Source of the DNA: an uncultured Nitrososphaerota archaeon
GTDB lineage: Archaea; Thermoproteota; Nitrososphaeria; Nitrososphaerales; Gagatemarchaeaceae
Reading direction: 5' to 3'
DNA length: 64,000 bases
Assembly (NCBI GenBank): GCA_963718895.1
Contig: CAVRAG010000008.1
Coordinates: 480,001-544,000 of the forward strand
The translations under genes were made by a program, and so were the position numbers. Numbering within the stretch: the stretch's first letter is position 1; each line of letters begins with the position of its first letter. Below the pieces are notes generated by a model. It saw only the letters and a program-made list of their open reading frames with translations, was not told where the DNA came from and ran no database searches. Shown here piece by piece: positions 9,199-18,003 of this stretch.

Positions 9199-10680
9199 TC
9201 ACGTCGTTACGATTGCTCCGTACATCCCGCTCTCGGCGTGCCCCGGATAGGTGCACAGGTACCAGAGGTTGGTGGCAGCGCTCGGGAGCGCGACCGTGTA
9301 GGAGTAGTAGGGCGCCCAACCCGCAGCGTAGTTCGCCGGGCTCAGCACGGGCATCATGTACAGGAAGTCACCGCCCCACATCATCCCCTGCATCATCATG
9401 TAGGGATATGGAGGGCTGAGTGTGGTCATGACCAGGTCGTGGTACATGTCGTCGTCGAGGTTGACCACGGTCATGTGGATGGTAGCTCCCTTGGGGACGT
9501 TGAGCGTGGGGTCGATAAGCCCGCCTATGACGAAGACGTCGTCCTTGGCGTAGGATGGCGGCTGCATGCCCGTCATGTTCGTCGCGTTGTCGGGCATTAT
9601 GGCGAACGCTGTTATGTTGATGTTGTGCGAGGTGAAGGTTATCGAGTTGCTGCTCTGAGATACGGTCGCGCCCTCCGGCGCCGTCTTCAGTAGCGCCTCT
9701 GCAGCTGCGATGGACATCGTCCCGGGTGGAAGGCTCGTCGAGGTGGAGGTGGTGTGGGTGCTGGATGTCGTGCTGGAGGCGGCAGAGGTCGTGGACGTGC
9801 TTGTCTGGCTCGTCTTGATTGTACTGGTGCTCGAGGTCGTAGTACTGGTAGTGGTTCCGGTCGTCACGATCTCACCATACATGCCCCCCATGCCGTGGCC
9901 AGGATACGTGCAGACGTACCAGAGGTTCGCGTAGCTCGGGATGGTTACTGTGTAGGAGTAGGTGAACGCCCATCCTGCGCCGTAGTTTGCGGGGCTGAGG
10001 ACGGACATCATGTACAGGAATCCCTGGAAGCCGCTGCCCCCCATCATCCCCGTTCCGTACCCGTTCCAAGTCATGTACTGGCTCATGTTGGAGGCGAAGG
10101 GCGGGCCCACCGTCGAGACCACTAGGTCGTTGTACACCGCGTTGTCCATGTTGACTATGGTGAAAGTCACCGCCGCGCCCGTCGGGATGTACAGCGTCGG
10201 GTCGATCAGGCCGCCCATGACGAATACGTCGCCCTGAGCATACGAGGGTGGATGCATCCCGGTCGTACGAGTGGCGTTCTCCTGCGTGGTGGCGAAGGCC
10301 GTGATGCTGATGCTAGACGAAGAGGTGAACGTTATCGAGTTGCTGCTCTGGGAGACGGCCGCGCCCGCGAGCGGAGACCCCATGAGCGCCATGGCCTCGC
10401 TGATGGAGATGGACCCGCTCGGAAGACCAGTGGAGGTGCTGGAGCTGCTGGTCGTTGTTCCCGGGCTCGTTGAAGCCGTGCTCGTGCCAGATTGGGTGCT
10501 GCTGCCGGTCACTGTCTTTGTGCCGGCTCCTCCCAGACCATATGCGCCGTAAGCGGCGACCGCTGCGACCGCTATGATGACTATGACCACTATGGCGAAG
10601 ATGGAGTTAGAAACTCCGGGCTTCCGCTTTTGCCTGAGAAGGCTCGGCCATGTCCTTGAGACTCCACTATTCAGGGCCAA
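9199..10680 (-). CDS. Membrane-anchored protein with two rusticyanin/sulfocyanin-like cupredoxin domains
   Basis: N-terminal TM, S/T-rich linkers, two repeats with GGLIDPTL and C-terminal CTYPGH..GMYG. Confidence 0.85.
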   Translation of the reverse strand: MALNSGVSRTWPSLLRQKRKPGVSNSIFAIVVIVIIAVAAVAAYGAYGLGGAGTKTVTGSSTQSGTSTASTSPGTTTSSSSTSTGLPSGSISISEAMALMGSPLAGAAVSQSSNSITFTSSSSISITAFATTQENATRTTGMHPPSYAQGDVFVMGGLIDPTLYIPTGAAVTFTIVNMDNAVYNDLVVSTVGPPFASNMSQYMTWNGYGTGMMGGSGFQGFLYMMSVLSPANYGAGWAFTYSYTVTIPSYANLWYVCTYPGHGMGGMYGEIVTTGTTTSTTTSSTSTIKTSQTSTSTTSAASSTTSSTHTTSTSTSLPPGTMSIAAAEALLKTAPEGATVSQSSNSITFTSHNINITAFAIMPDNATNMTGMQPPSYAKDDVFVIGGLIDPTLNVPKGATIHMTVVNLDDDMYHDLVMTTLSPPYPYMMMQGMMWGGDFLYMMPVLSPANYAAGWAPYYSYTVALPSAATNLWYLCTYPGHAESGMYGAIVTT

Positions 10681-10850
10681 TTCCCCCTTCGCAGTCGTTG
10701 CTTACTTCCTCACCGGACATTTCAACTCGTCTATCGCCGTGCAAAAAGGGGAGCGTTAAAGGGATTCCAGTGGTTCTCAACGTTGAGGACCGGCCCTCGG
10801 ACGTAGCTGACGGACCCGATGTGTTGTCGACCACTCCGATCACTTCGCTT

Positions 10851-11228
10851 TCAGCTCGCCGTTCGGTTCGTCCCGATGCCGAAGTAGTTGGTCATGTACT
10901 GGACGCACCCCATGAAAAAGTTGCCCCCATTGGTCAACAGGCCTTGGTTCCCCATCATCCCCCACGGTCCTCCAGTGCCCCAAGAGCTTGCTCCCATCAT
11001 CCCGCCAAAGTGCGTCGGTGTCGAGGTTGCCCCCCCACTTGCGGATCCCACTACACCGGAGAAACCGCCCATCATGCCTCCTCCGCCGTAGCCCGACATC
11101 ATGCCCCCTCTTCCCTGCTGACCCGCTGAGGGCGTCTGTCCAACGAATCCGAACGCTGCCCCTGCAGCCAGTCCGACCGCCACCAGGAGCCCAAGTCCCA
11201 CGATGATTGCCTTTTCAGTTGTGTTCAT
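10851..11228 (-). CDS. Gly/Met-rich membrane-anchored or exported protein
   Basis: N-terminal hydrophobic helix followed by four GMM repeats. Confidence 0.7.
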   Translation of the reverse strand: MNTTEKAIIVGLGLLVAVGLAAGAAFGFVGQTPSAGQQGRGGMMSGYGGGGMMGGFSGVVGSASGGATSTPTHFGGMMGASSWGTGGPWGMMGNQGLLTNGGNFFMGCVQYMTNYFGIGTNRTAS

Positions 11229-11281
11229 TTTGATGCACGGCGTGTACTACGCATGGCGGGGTTATGGTAGTACGCTGAAAC

Positions 11282-11300
11282 GAAACGGTGAAACCGTTTC
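11282..11300. promoter_or_regulatory. Inverted repeat, candidate operator
   Basis: GAAACGGT-GAA-ACCGTTTC (perfect 8-bp arms) about 55 bp upstream of the 10851..11228 gene. Confidence 0.5.
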
Positions 11301-11367
11301 ATCCGGCCTTAACTGAAAATCTCGCAGAAACGCAGCCCAAAAGACGCGTGATGTGCAATAATCTGCG

Positions 11368-11937
11368 CTAGGCCGAACGGCCTGGGCGGGGTCGCAGGGA
11401 CGGTGCCAGCGATATCTCATTGGTGTTCCCGCTGCTGACGGCCGTCACTATCCCTCTCTCGGCGAAGCGTGAGACTATCCTGTGCGTCTTGAGCTTGCTC
11501 AGACCCGAGTCCTTTACGATGAACTTCTGGAGGTACTTGCCATCATGCGCGGCGAGTACCTCTAGGACCTTGCGCTCGTCCGGCTTCGAGGTACTCAGGA
11601 GGAAGTCCCAGCTCTGTGCGGCTTCCGGCAGTTCTGGAACGGTTTCAGCCGTGGGTATCAGGAGCCGCTTCCTCGGGATCTGAGGGTAGGTCATGAAATA
11701 GACCAACCCGACGACGCCTACGACCGTCAGTCCTATGAACGCTGCTGCCAGGTACCAGACGTACGAGGGCATTTGGAGGTTCATCCCTGCTGAGTTCTCG
11801 CTCCCCATCATCTGTCCCATCATCCCTCCCAGACTCCCCGTCCCAGATTGGTAGTCCGAAAGGTACCAGATGATGATAAGGAGAAACGCGGCGAGGGACC
11901 CGACGATTAGGGCCGTGAACAGCCAAGTCCGTTTCAT
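11368..11937 (-). CDS. Two-TM protein with Met-rich loop and C-terminal winged HTH
   Basis: TM1, GGMMGQMMG loop, TM2, then DERKVLEVL..LQKFIVKDSGLSKLKTHRIVSRFAERGIV..GNTNEI. Confidence 0.8.
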   Translation of the reverse strand: MKRTWLFTALIVGSLAAFLLIIIWYLSDYQSGTGSLGGMMGQMMGSENSAGMNLQMPSYVWYLAAAFIGLTVVGVVGLVYFMTYPQIPRKRLLIPTAETVPELPEAAQSWDFLLSTSKPDERKVLEVLAAHDGKYLQKFIVKDSGLSKLKTHRIVSRFAERGIVTAVSSGNTNEISLAPSLRPRPGRSA

Positions 11938-12218
11938 CGTCTTGTGCCTCCAGATTCCATTCGAGCGCCATGGTTGGGCATCGCCGCACCCTTCTAACGA
12001 CCCGACATCGCCCATGCTAATTAAGGATGGGTTGGAAAGGCGAGAGGAAAGACCACTCTAGGGGTCGTTTCAGCCGCCGTCGTTATCCCTACTCGCTCAT
12101 GCCACGGCAAGGGTCAGAAGAGAATTGGAGGTGTCGCCTTCGCTTAGGGGAGAAGGCTCAACTTAAACTGGCTCTTGCGTTGTCCGATCCGGAGGGACCG
12201 GGATCAGCGGTGTCTCCT

Positions 12219-12962
12219 CTATTCCGCCGCGTGGAGCTCACGGTATGATTCTGTAGCTTCTTTTGCGACGAAGATGAGTATCACTGCGGTGGCAAGATAG
12301 TCGACCCACCAGAGCCCAAGAAGATACTCGGCGAGAAGGCCGACCAGCAAGACCGTGGCCATCAGGAAGCACGTGACCGATTCGACGGCGTCCATCTTCA
12401 GGGGCAGACAACGGGTCTCTTCTCCGATCCTCCTCTTGCGGAAGTAGAGATAGGGCATTATGATGACGGCGCCTGCGGCCACGGCTACTCCCAGCGGCGA
12501 CCCTTCTGGCCGGAGCCCCGAGGCGTAGGAGTAGACAGCCCCCAAGCCTATGACGGGGATCAGGGTGAAGAGTAGCGCGCTCGTGATTTGCTCAGCCCTC
12601 CGGTTCTCCAGTTCCGAGTTGCTCGCATCCCTTCGCAGGTGGCCCAGGACCACAAAGCCCGAGATCAGTTCGATCACGCTGTCGCCTCCGAACGCCAGTA
12701 AGGCGAGGCTGCCCGCGATCAGGCCGAATCCGATCGAGGCGAGAGCCTCGACGGTCATCCACGCCGAGCTGAGGTACTCGACCCTGATTCCCATCTCTGC
12801 CCTAGCCTTCCTCCAGTGGCCGTGGGCGGCACTGCAGCAGCAGGAGGCGCAGTTGGAGCACTCGGCTCGAGCGTTGCAGGGCGCGCAGGAGTTCTCCACG
12901 CAGCCACAGGTCAGGCACGAGGAAGATGCTGGCGCTCCGAGTGGCATCGGGCAGGAATGCAC
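12219..12962 (-). CDS. Cation-efflux (CDF/TMEM163-like) transporter with Cys-rich N-terminus
   Basis: GSLALLAFGGDSVIE, LKMDAVES, WWVDYLA; 11 Cys in the first 43 aa. Confidence 0.8.
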   Translation of the reverse strand: MHSCPMPLGAPASSSCLTCGCVENSCAPCNARAECSNCASCCCSAAHGHWRKARAEMGIRVEYLSSAWMTVEALASIGFGLIAGSLALLAFGGDSVIELISGFVVLGHLRRDASNSELENRRAEQITSALLFTLIPVIGLGAVYSYASGLRPEGSPLGVAVAAGAVIIMPYLYFRKRRIGEETRCLPLKMDAVESVTCFLMATVLLVGLLAEYLLGLWWVDYLATAVILIFVAKEATESYRELHAAE

Positions 12963-13097
12963 CTAGGGTCTATTATCTGTTTCACGACGTGGCCTCACAC
13001 CCGGCCGGCTGCTGGCGCAACCTGGGCTGCTGCTCATCGAGTACTTTCCTATGCTGCGCGGGATTCAGGCAATCTGCTCTCGTCGGCCGAACCGCGG

Positions 13098-13409
13098 TCA
13101 GCTCTGCCTTGCCGTGGGGCAAGCGTGGAAGAAAGGATCCACGTGCTGGACGCAGAAGCTCTTCATGCACAGTTGGCACTGGAAGACCTCCGCCTTGGGT
13201 CCCTTCACTGGGCCGCAAAGGTCGCAGATCACCACCGGTTCCGCCGTTTTGGGCGCGTCGGGAGCCGCATCCTCGAGGCCTTCCGTCGAGACACCGATGG
13301 GTGCGGTCGACTCCTCTTGGTCGGTCGGGGAAGATTCTGGCACTTCGACCTCGCCCGAATCTTCGGCAGATTCGGGTGCCGCATCTACCTGACTTTCCTG
13401 CATGCCCAA
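13098..13409 (-). CDS. Acidic protein with C-terminal zinc finger (AN1-like)
   Basis: E/D/S/P-rich N-terminus; CDLC...CQLC..FCVQH...HAC. Confidence 0.65.
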   Translation of the reverse strand: MGMQESQVDAAPESAEDSGEVEVPESSPTDQEESTAPIGVSTEGLEDAAPDAPKTAEPVVICDLCGPVKGPKAEVFQCQLCMKSFCVQHVDPFFHACPTARQS

Positions 13410-13493
13410 GGACGAATTCGCGTCCCATTAAAAAATCTCCGGTGAGGTGAGACTCTGCCCCTCCTAGGCCGCAATCTCGCTCAGGTGGTCGGC

Positions 13494-14030
13494 TCAGAGC
13501 TTGGCGGTGCCAGTCTTGGGGAGCCGGGCGAACTGCCACGCGGCACCCGCCAAGACCGCCGACGCGGCGAGGATGAGGACGATACCGGAGATCGTGACGG
13601 GGATGCCCCTCCCGGCGCCGATTACGTGCACAAGGATTAGCGACGCTCCGATCAGAGAGAGAAGACCGTGGTAGAACAGCGAAGACCCTAGGCCTTCCAT
13701 GAAAAGAAGGCCGGTCACCCAAACGACGAAGGCGGCGTAGGTCGCGAGGTAACCCAGGAGGACCGGCAAAGATACGGGGAAGAGAAGGAAGAAGGCCGCA
13801 TGGGCCAGCAGGAACCCCCCGCCTGACGCTGCTATCCAGACATGGATTCCCCTCAGGAGGTCAGGATTTCTGAACCTGCGCAGCAGACTTCGCCGGAAGA
13901 TCATCATCACCCCGGCCGCGCCAATCAGGAAGAACGCGAGAAATCCTGCGAGGTTTGCCAGGAAGGCGCCTCTGTAGAGGACGTCGACAGGGAGAGGATT
14001 GGCGAAGGCGAGCAAGACGGAGAGCAACAC
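13494..14030 (-). CDS. Membrane protein with paired TM histidines (cytochrome b / ferric-reductase-like)
   Basis: Hydrophobic; IHVW..LAHA and YHGL..LVHV His pairs 13 residues apart. Confidence 0.5.
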   Translation of the reverse strand: MLLSVLLAFANPLPVDVLYRGAFLANLAGFLAFFLIGAAGVMMIFRRSLLRRFRNPDLLRGIHVWIAASGGGFLLAHAAFFLLFPVSLPVLLGYLATYAAFVVWVTGLLFMEGLGSSLFYHGLLSLIGASLILVHVIGAGRGIPVTISGIVLILAASAVLAGAAWQFARLPKTGTAKL

Positions 14031-14122
14031 GAAGGCCGTGAGTGTCAGGGTAGAGTAGAAGGCCAGCTTGCCCTGCAGCTTATCGCATCCCCTTGGTCAA
14101 CCTGCGTCTGGCTTGTCCCGGT

Positions 14123-14530
14123 CTATTTCTTGAGATAGGAGCGGCCGGTCCTCAAGTAAAGGTCCTTCCCGTTCAGCCAGTCCCGTCTCAGGGGTGAGAA
14201 GCAATCGTAGTCTTCAGTGTCTTCGAGCGCGACAGCCTCGTGCACCACGTTCGAAGGGATTATCAGGACCTCTCCCGATTTGACCGTGAAGTCCTCATCG
14301 TCTATCGTGAACTTGAGAGCGCCCTTCATTATGAAGGTTATCTGCTCGCTAAGGTGTTTGTGGGCTGGCACTATGGCACCCTTCTTCAACCAGATGTAAC
14401 CCAGCATCTCCCTCTTCCCGACGGCAAGACGCCGGGAGATCTTGGGGTTCAGCCACTCGGGCTCCATCTCTGCCCACCTAATGTGTCTGACTCTCCTCTC
14501 GGTGGTCGTTGCTGCTTTCTTCGGCTTCAT
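14123..14530 (-). CDS. Cupin-domain protein
   Basis: PAHKHLSEQ, IPSNVVH, DCFSPLRRDW. Confidence 0.85.
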   Translation of the reverse strand: MKPKKAATTTERRVRHIRWAEMEPEWLNPKISRRLAVGKREMLGYIWLKKGAIVPAHKHLSEQITFIMKGALKFTIDDEDFTVKSGEVLIIPSNVVHEAVALEDTEDYDCFSPLRRDWLNGKDLYLRTGRSYLKK

Positions 14531-14625
14531 CGCTCCGTCATGAGACCCCGGCGGACTTCAATATAGGTTGTCGCATCGTGCCGCCGGGCCCGGCCCTCCG
14601 CGAACGGGGCAGGTCTTCTGGGCGG

Positions 14626-15186
14626 TCATCCAGACGTCTGTGACCCACACCGTCGGACGTAGGACCAGAATTCATCCCAGGCTATGGGTTTCCACTTGTC
14701 GACGCCTTCGGGCGTCTTGTACCACTCGATCAGGACCTTGCGCTTGCCGATGCGCAGGCCGAGTAGTGGCACACTCTGCATCGGCTCGGCGTTTATTTCG
14801 AACCACCTGTTCCCGACCTTGCACGACGTGCCGGGAGCTAACTTGGCGTTGAAGTGCTTGCGGATCTCGGCCTCAAAGAGCTTCGGCGAGGCGTAGCGGA
14901 CTATCTCCCTGTCAGCGAAGACGGTGAAGGCCAGTTTCCCGCTCGGCTGCTGGTCGGGGACTGCCTCGGGCTCGGCCACGCGTGGCCGTACTCGATAGCC
15001 CTGCGATATCATTATGGTGCTGTACGCCTCTGTGATCGCGTTGAACTTGGCCTCGGCCTCCGGTCCGCTGTTCCGGTCGGGATGGTACTCTAGGGCGAGC
15101 CTCCGGAAGGCCGACTTGACCTCGGAGAAGTCTGCGTCCGAGCGTATCCCGAGGATACGGTAGCACCTTTCGAGTTCCATGAGCAA
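14626..15186 (-). CDS. J-domain protein with unrecognised C-terminal domain
   Basis: YRILG..AFRRLALEYHPDRN..ITEAY. Confidence 0.8.
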   Translation of the reverse strand: MLMELERCYRILGIRSDADFSEVKSAFRRLALEYHPDRNSGPEAEAKFNAITEAYSTIMISQGYRVRPRVAEPEAVPDQQPSGKLAFTVFADREIVRYASPKLFEAEIRKHFNAKLAPGTSCKVGNRWFEINAEPMQSVPLLGLRIGKRKVLIEWYKTPEGVDKWKPIAWDEFWSYVRRCGSQTSG

Positions 15187-15292
15187 CTTCGCCCTGGCAC
15201 TAGCGGAGATGCGCCAGTCCGCTTAGCAATTCGTCAAGCCTAGCGAGGCGGACGTATGAAAGGTTATAGTTCCACGCCCTCTCGGACGGGCG

Positions 15293-15892
15293 TTGCTCGA
15301 GAGCTGGCAGGTCTTTCTTAGCGGCATGGCCCTGGGCGTCTCGATCGCAGCTCCTCCGGGGCCGGTCAACGCCGCAGCGACGTTTCAGGTGACGAAGTCG
15401 TGGATGGCGGGCTGGCTCACCCTCCTCGGAGCCACCGCGGCCGATGGAATCTTCTTTGTCCTGACCTACTTCGGGTTGACCACCCTGATAGCGAACGGGG
15501 AGGCGCGGGATCTGCTCTTCGTGGTCGGCGGGGCGTTCATGCTCTACCTCGCGTACTCGACTCTCAAACTCGCCAAGGACAAGCCCAAGTCTGGTCCCGT
15601 GAGAGGAGGTAGGTACCCTTTCTTCCTGGGCCTCACCATCGGAATCACCAACCCTTTCCAGCTGGCGTGGTGGATAGCGGTCGGAGTCGGGATGGTCTCC
15701 ACGTTTGGGCTTAGCATCGTCGCGGGGTTCTTCGCTGGGATCGTCGCCTGGACCCTCTTCTTCTCCACGCTCCTGAGGGCGGGCCTCACCAGATACCAGA
15801 GCGTCTACCCGGTCCTCGTCTACGTCTCCGGGGCCATCCTGTTGGGATTCGGGGTCTGGTTCCTCTACTCGGCTATCTCTTCGCTCGCCTGA
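15293..15892 (+). CDS. LysE-family translocator
   Basis: APPGPVN, GATAAD, ITNPFQ. Confidence 0.85.
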   Translation: MLESWQVFLSGMALGVSIAAPPGPVNAAATFQVTKSWMAGWLTLLGATAADGIFFVLTYFGLTTLIANGEARDLLFVVGGAFMLYLAYSTLKLAKDKPKSGPVRGGRYPFFLGLTIGITNPFQLAWWIAVGVGMVSTFGLSIVAGFFAGIVAWTLFFSTLLRAGLTRYQSVYPVLVYVSGAILLGFGVWFLYSAISSLA

Positions 15893-16379
15893 CTCTCTGC
15901 TCGTACCCGCGGACCGCCGATTCCTGGGCGCCCTCCACGGAACCGGGCCGCATGGCTCGGAGCCGGGCGATCGCTTCGTCGGCCGTTCTGCCTTCGTACT
16001 CTATCATGTAGGCGGCTATCACGCTCCCGGTCCTTCCTACGCCGGCCAAGCAGTGGACCAGCACGGTCTTGCCGTCTTTGAGCTGAGACGAGATGTACCT
16101 GGTCGACTCCTCGAGCGCCTCGGGTGCCGGTGGCGCGTGGTCGAACATCTGGATGTGTTTGGACGACAGTTTGGTCGAATCGAACCATTCCTTCGGCAGC
16201 GGTGACTCCGTGAGCGTGAGCACGGAGTCAACCCCGTGACTCTCGAGCCACTGCAACTGCCTTCGAGACGAGGGGAGGCCCGAAGCGGCCAGCTGGCCTT
16301 CGATCACCCAGCTGAAGGAGGTGGGCCTGTCCGTGAACTTGGAGCGGACTCTCCGGTACGCCCTTCCGGTTCTTCCCAA
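15873..16379 (-). CDS. Dual-specificity protein phosphatase
   Basis: VHCLAGVGRTG (HCX5R). Confidence 0.9.
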   Translation of the reverse strand: MGRTGRAYRRVRSKFTDRPTSFSWVIEGQLAASGLPSSRRQLQWLESHGVDSVLTLTESPLPKEWFDSTKLSSKHIQMFDHAPPAPEALEESTRYISSQLKDGKTVLVHCLAGVGRTGSVIAAYMIEYEGRTADEAIARLRAMRPGSVEGAQESAVRGYEQRVRRAKR

Positions 16380-16456
16380 GCGGAAACGACTCTCGCAGTC
16401 TGAGAAGGAAAACGAAGATACGCTTTTCGGTTTGTCGCTTACGGGGCGGTGCTAGT

Positions 16457-16750
16457 TCAGCCTTCGACGATGTCGAGCTTGCCGTAGCGTCCGATATTCA
16501 ATTGCCGCTCGCCTCTGAAGGTGTTGATGTAGCCGTTGGAGACCTTGACCTTCGCGCCCTTGGTGACGGCATCGATTTGCGCGTCCCAGAGTGAGAGCTT
16601 GATGCTCCCGCTCTCGTCCCGCAGCGTGGCGTCTGCGACCCTGGCCTGGCCTCCGGTCCTCAGGCTCACTTCGCGGGGAGACGAAATGTCCACAACCTCT
16701 CCTTCCACTTCAACAGTTCGCATTCCGTCACGTAGATCCTTGATGTTCAT
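16457..16750 (-). CDS. ssb: Single OB-fold ssDNA-binding protein (crenarchaeal SSB type)
   Basis: DESGSIKLSLWD, NGYINTFRGERQLNIGRYG. Confidence 0.9.
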   Translation of the reverse strand: MNIKDLRDGMRTVEVEGEVVDISSPREVSLRTGGQARVADATLRDESGSIKLSLWDAQIDAVTKGAKVKVSNGYINTFRGERQLNIGRYGKLDIVEG

Positions 16751-16895
16751 CGGTAGCTAACTCGCTACCACCCATTCCATGGATATATTTAATCGTTGAT
16801 AAGGCGACCGCGGAGCATCTGGTCGAGGTCTCGTGGTGGTTGAGTAGACACTTCGTCGTCGAGCGCCGACAGCCCTCCTTCTCTGGGAGCGTACC

Positions 16896-17897
16896 ATGAG
16901 ATTCGGCATCGCAAGGTATGTCGCCGAACTCACCGAATCCGGGCTCATCTGGGTCATCGCGGTGTTCTTCTGTCTGATCGCGCTCAACCTCGCCACCCTC
17001 GGCATGGGGCGATCGGCAGTGCTCGCCACTCTCAACTCGAACCCGGCGGGGGCCCTGCTCGCTCCCTTCGTCTTTGACTCCTGGGGGACCATCGGGGGGC
17101 TTGGCGGGGTGGTGCTTCTCTTTGCGCCGGTCCTCTTTGGGACCCCCGTGTCGCAGAGGAGGCCGCTGTCCCTCTTCTTCGCTACGGCGAGCGTCGCGAT
17201 CGGGGTCCTTGCGGCGCTCCTGTGGGACGCCTTCTACGACGACACAGGGCTCTTCGGGTCGGGATCATCGTCCATAGCCATCGCGGCGCAGGGGCTCATA
17301 TTCGCCCTCTCGATCCTCGGGCTGGTCAGGCTGGCGAGACAGGACACGCGGGACCTCGGGCCTCTGAGCGGCCACTGGTGGTACTCGTTTGCGATAATCT
17401 ACTTCACGCTCATCCTGACCTCCCTCTGGTTCATCCTCTCGCTCGAGCCGATATTCGTCCCTACGACGCTCTACAACTGGAGGGTCCACGAATTCGGATT
17501 CCTCTTCGCGGCGGCCGCGGCCTTCGCCTACGCCGGCGTCAGGTGGCGGGGACTGGGCCTGGACGGCGTCGTGCGCATCGACGAGACGCTGATGAACTTC
17601 CATTTCGACGACCTCTGCGGAAGGTTCCCGTCGAGAATACCCAAGTACCACGTCGTGTTCGCGGAGGTTGGAGGCGCCGAGAAGTCCGAGCTGCATCCGG
17701 AGCGGGGGGAGGTCTGGGTGAGCGGGGAGTTCCGGAACAGGGCGTACGACGTCGCCGGCCCGGACTTCGAGAGGACGCTCCTCCGCGCAATGGTCCGCGC
17801 AGAGCTCCTAGCCGAAGGCATGGACCCAGAAGATGGGACCAGGGGTACCGCGAGTCGGTTCGACGAGGTCGCCCGACTGGTCGGCGCGCCCTCCTAG
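16896..17897 (+). CDS. Divergent rhomboid-like membrane protein with C-terminal degenerate SprT-like domain
   Basis: About 6 TM, GSGSSS and VHEFG in rhomboid-like positions; C-terminal TLLRAMVRAEL. Confidence 0.5.
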   Translation: MRFGIARYVAELTESGLIWVIAVFFCLIALNLATLGMGRSAVLATLNSNPAGALLAPFVFDSWGTIGGLGGVVLLFAPVLFGTPVSQRRPLSLFFATASVAIGVLAALLWDAFYDDTGLFGSGSSSIAIAAQGLIFALSILGLVRLARQDTRDLGPLSGHWWYSFAIIYFTLILTSLWFILSLEPIFVPTTLYNWRVHEFGFLFAAAAAFAYAGVRWRGLGLDGVVRIDETLMNFHFDDLCGRFPSRIPKYHVVFAEVGGAEKSELHPERGEVWVSGEFRNRAYDVAGPDFERTLLRAMVRAELLAEGMDPEDGTRGTASRFDEVARLVGAPS

Positions 17898-18003
17898 GCG
17901 GGCCGCCGCGTCGGCTGCAGACAGGGTCCGCCCCTATCCTGCGTCCCGCTGGGCCTCCCTTTGGAATCCTTAAGACGAGGAATCCGACGGTGGTGCAAAC
18001 AAA

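Noticed and set aside
9720-9870. Low-complexity Ser/Thr-coding stretch as a DNA repeat or CRISPR
   Set aside because: It is a protein linker; no repeat-spacer array was seen anywhere in the window
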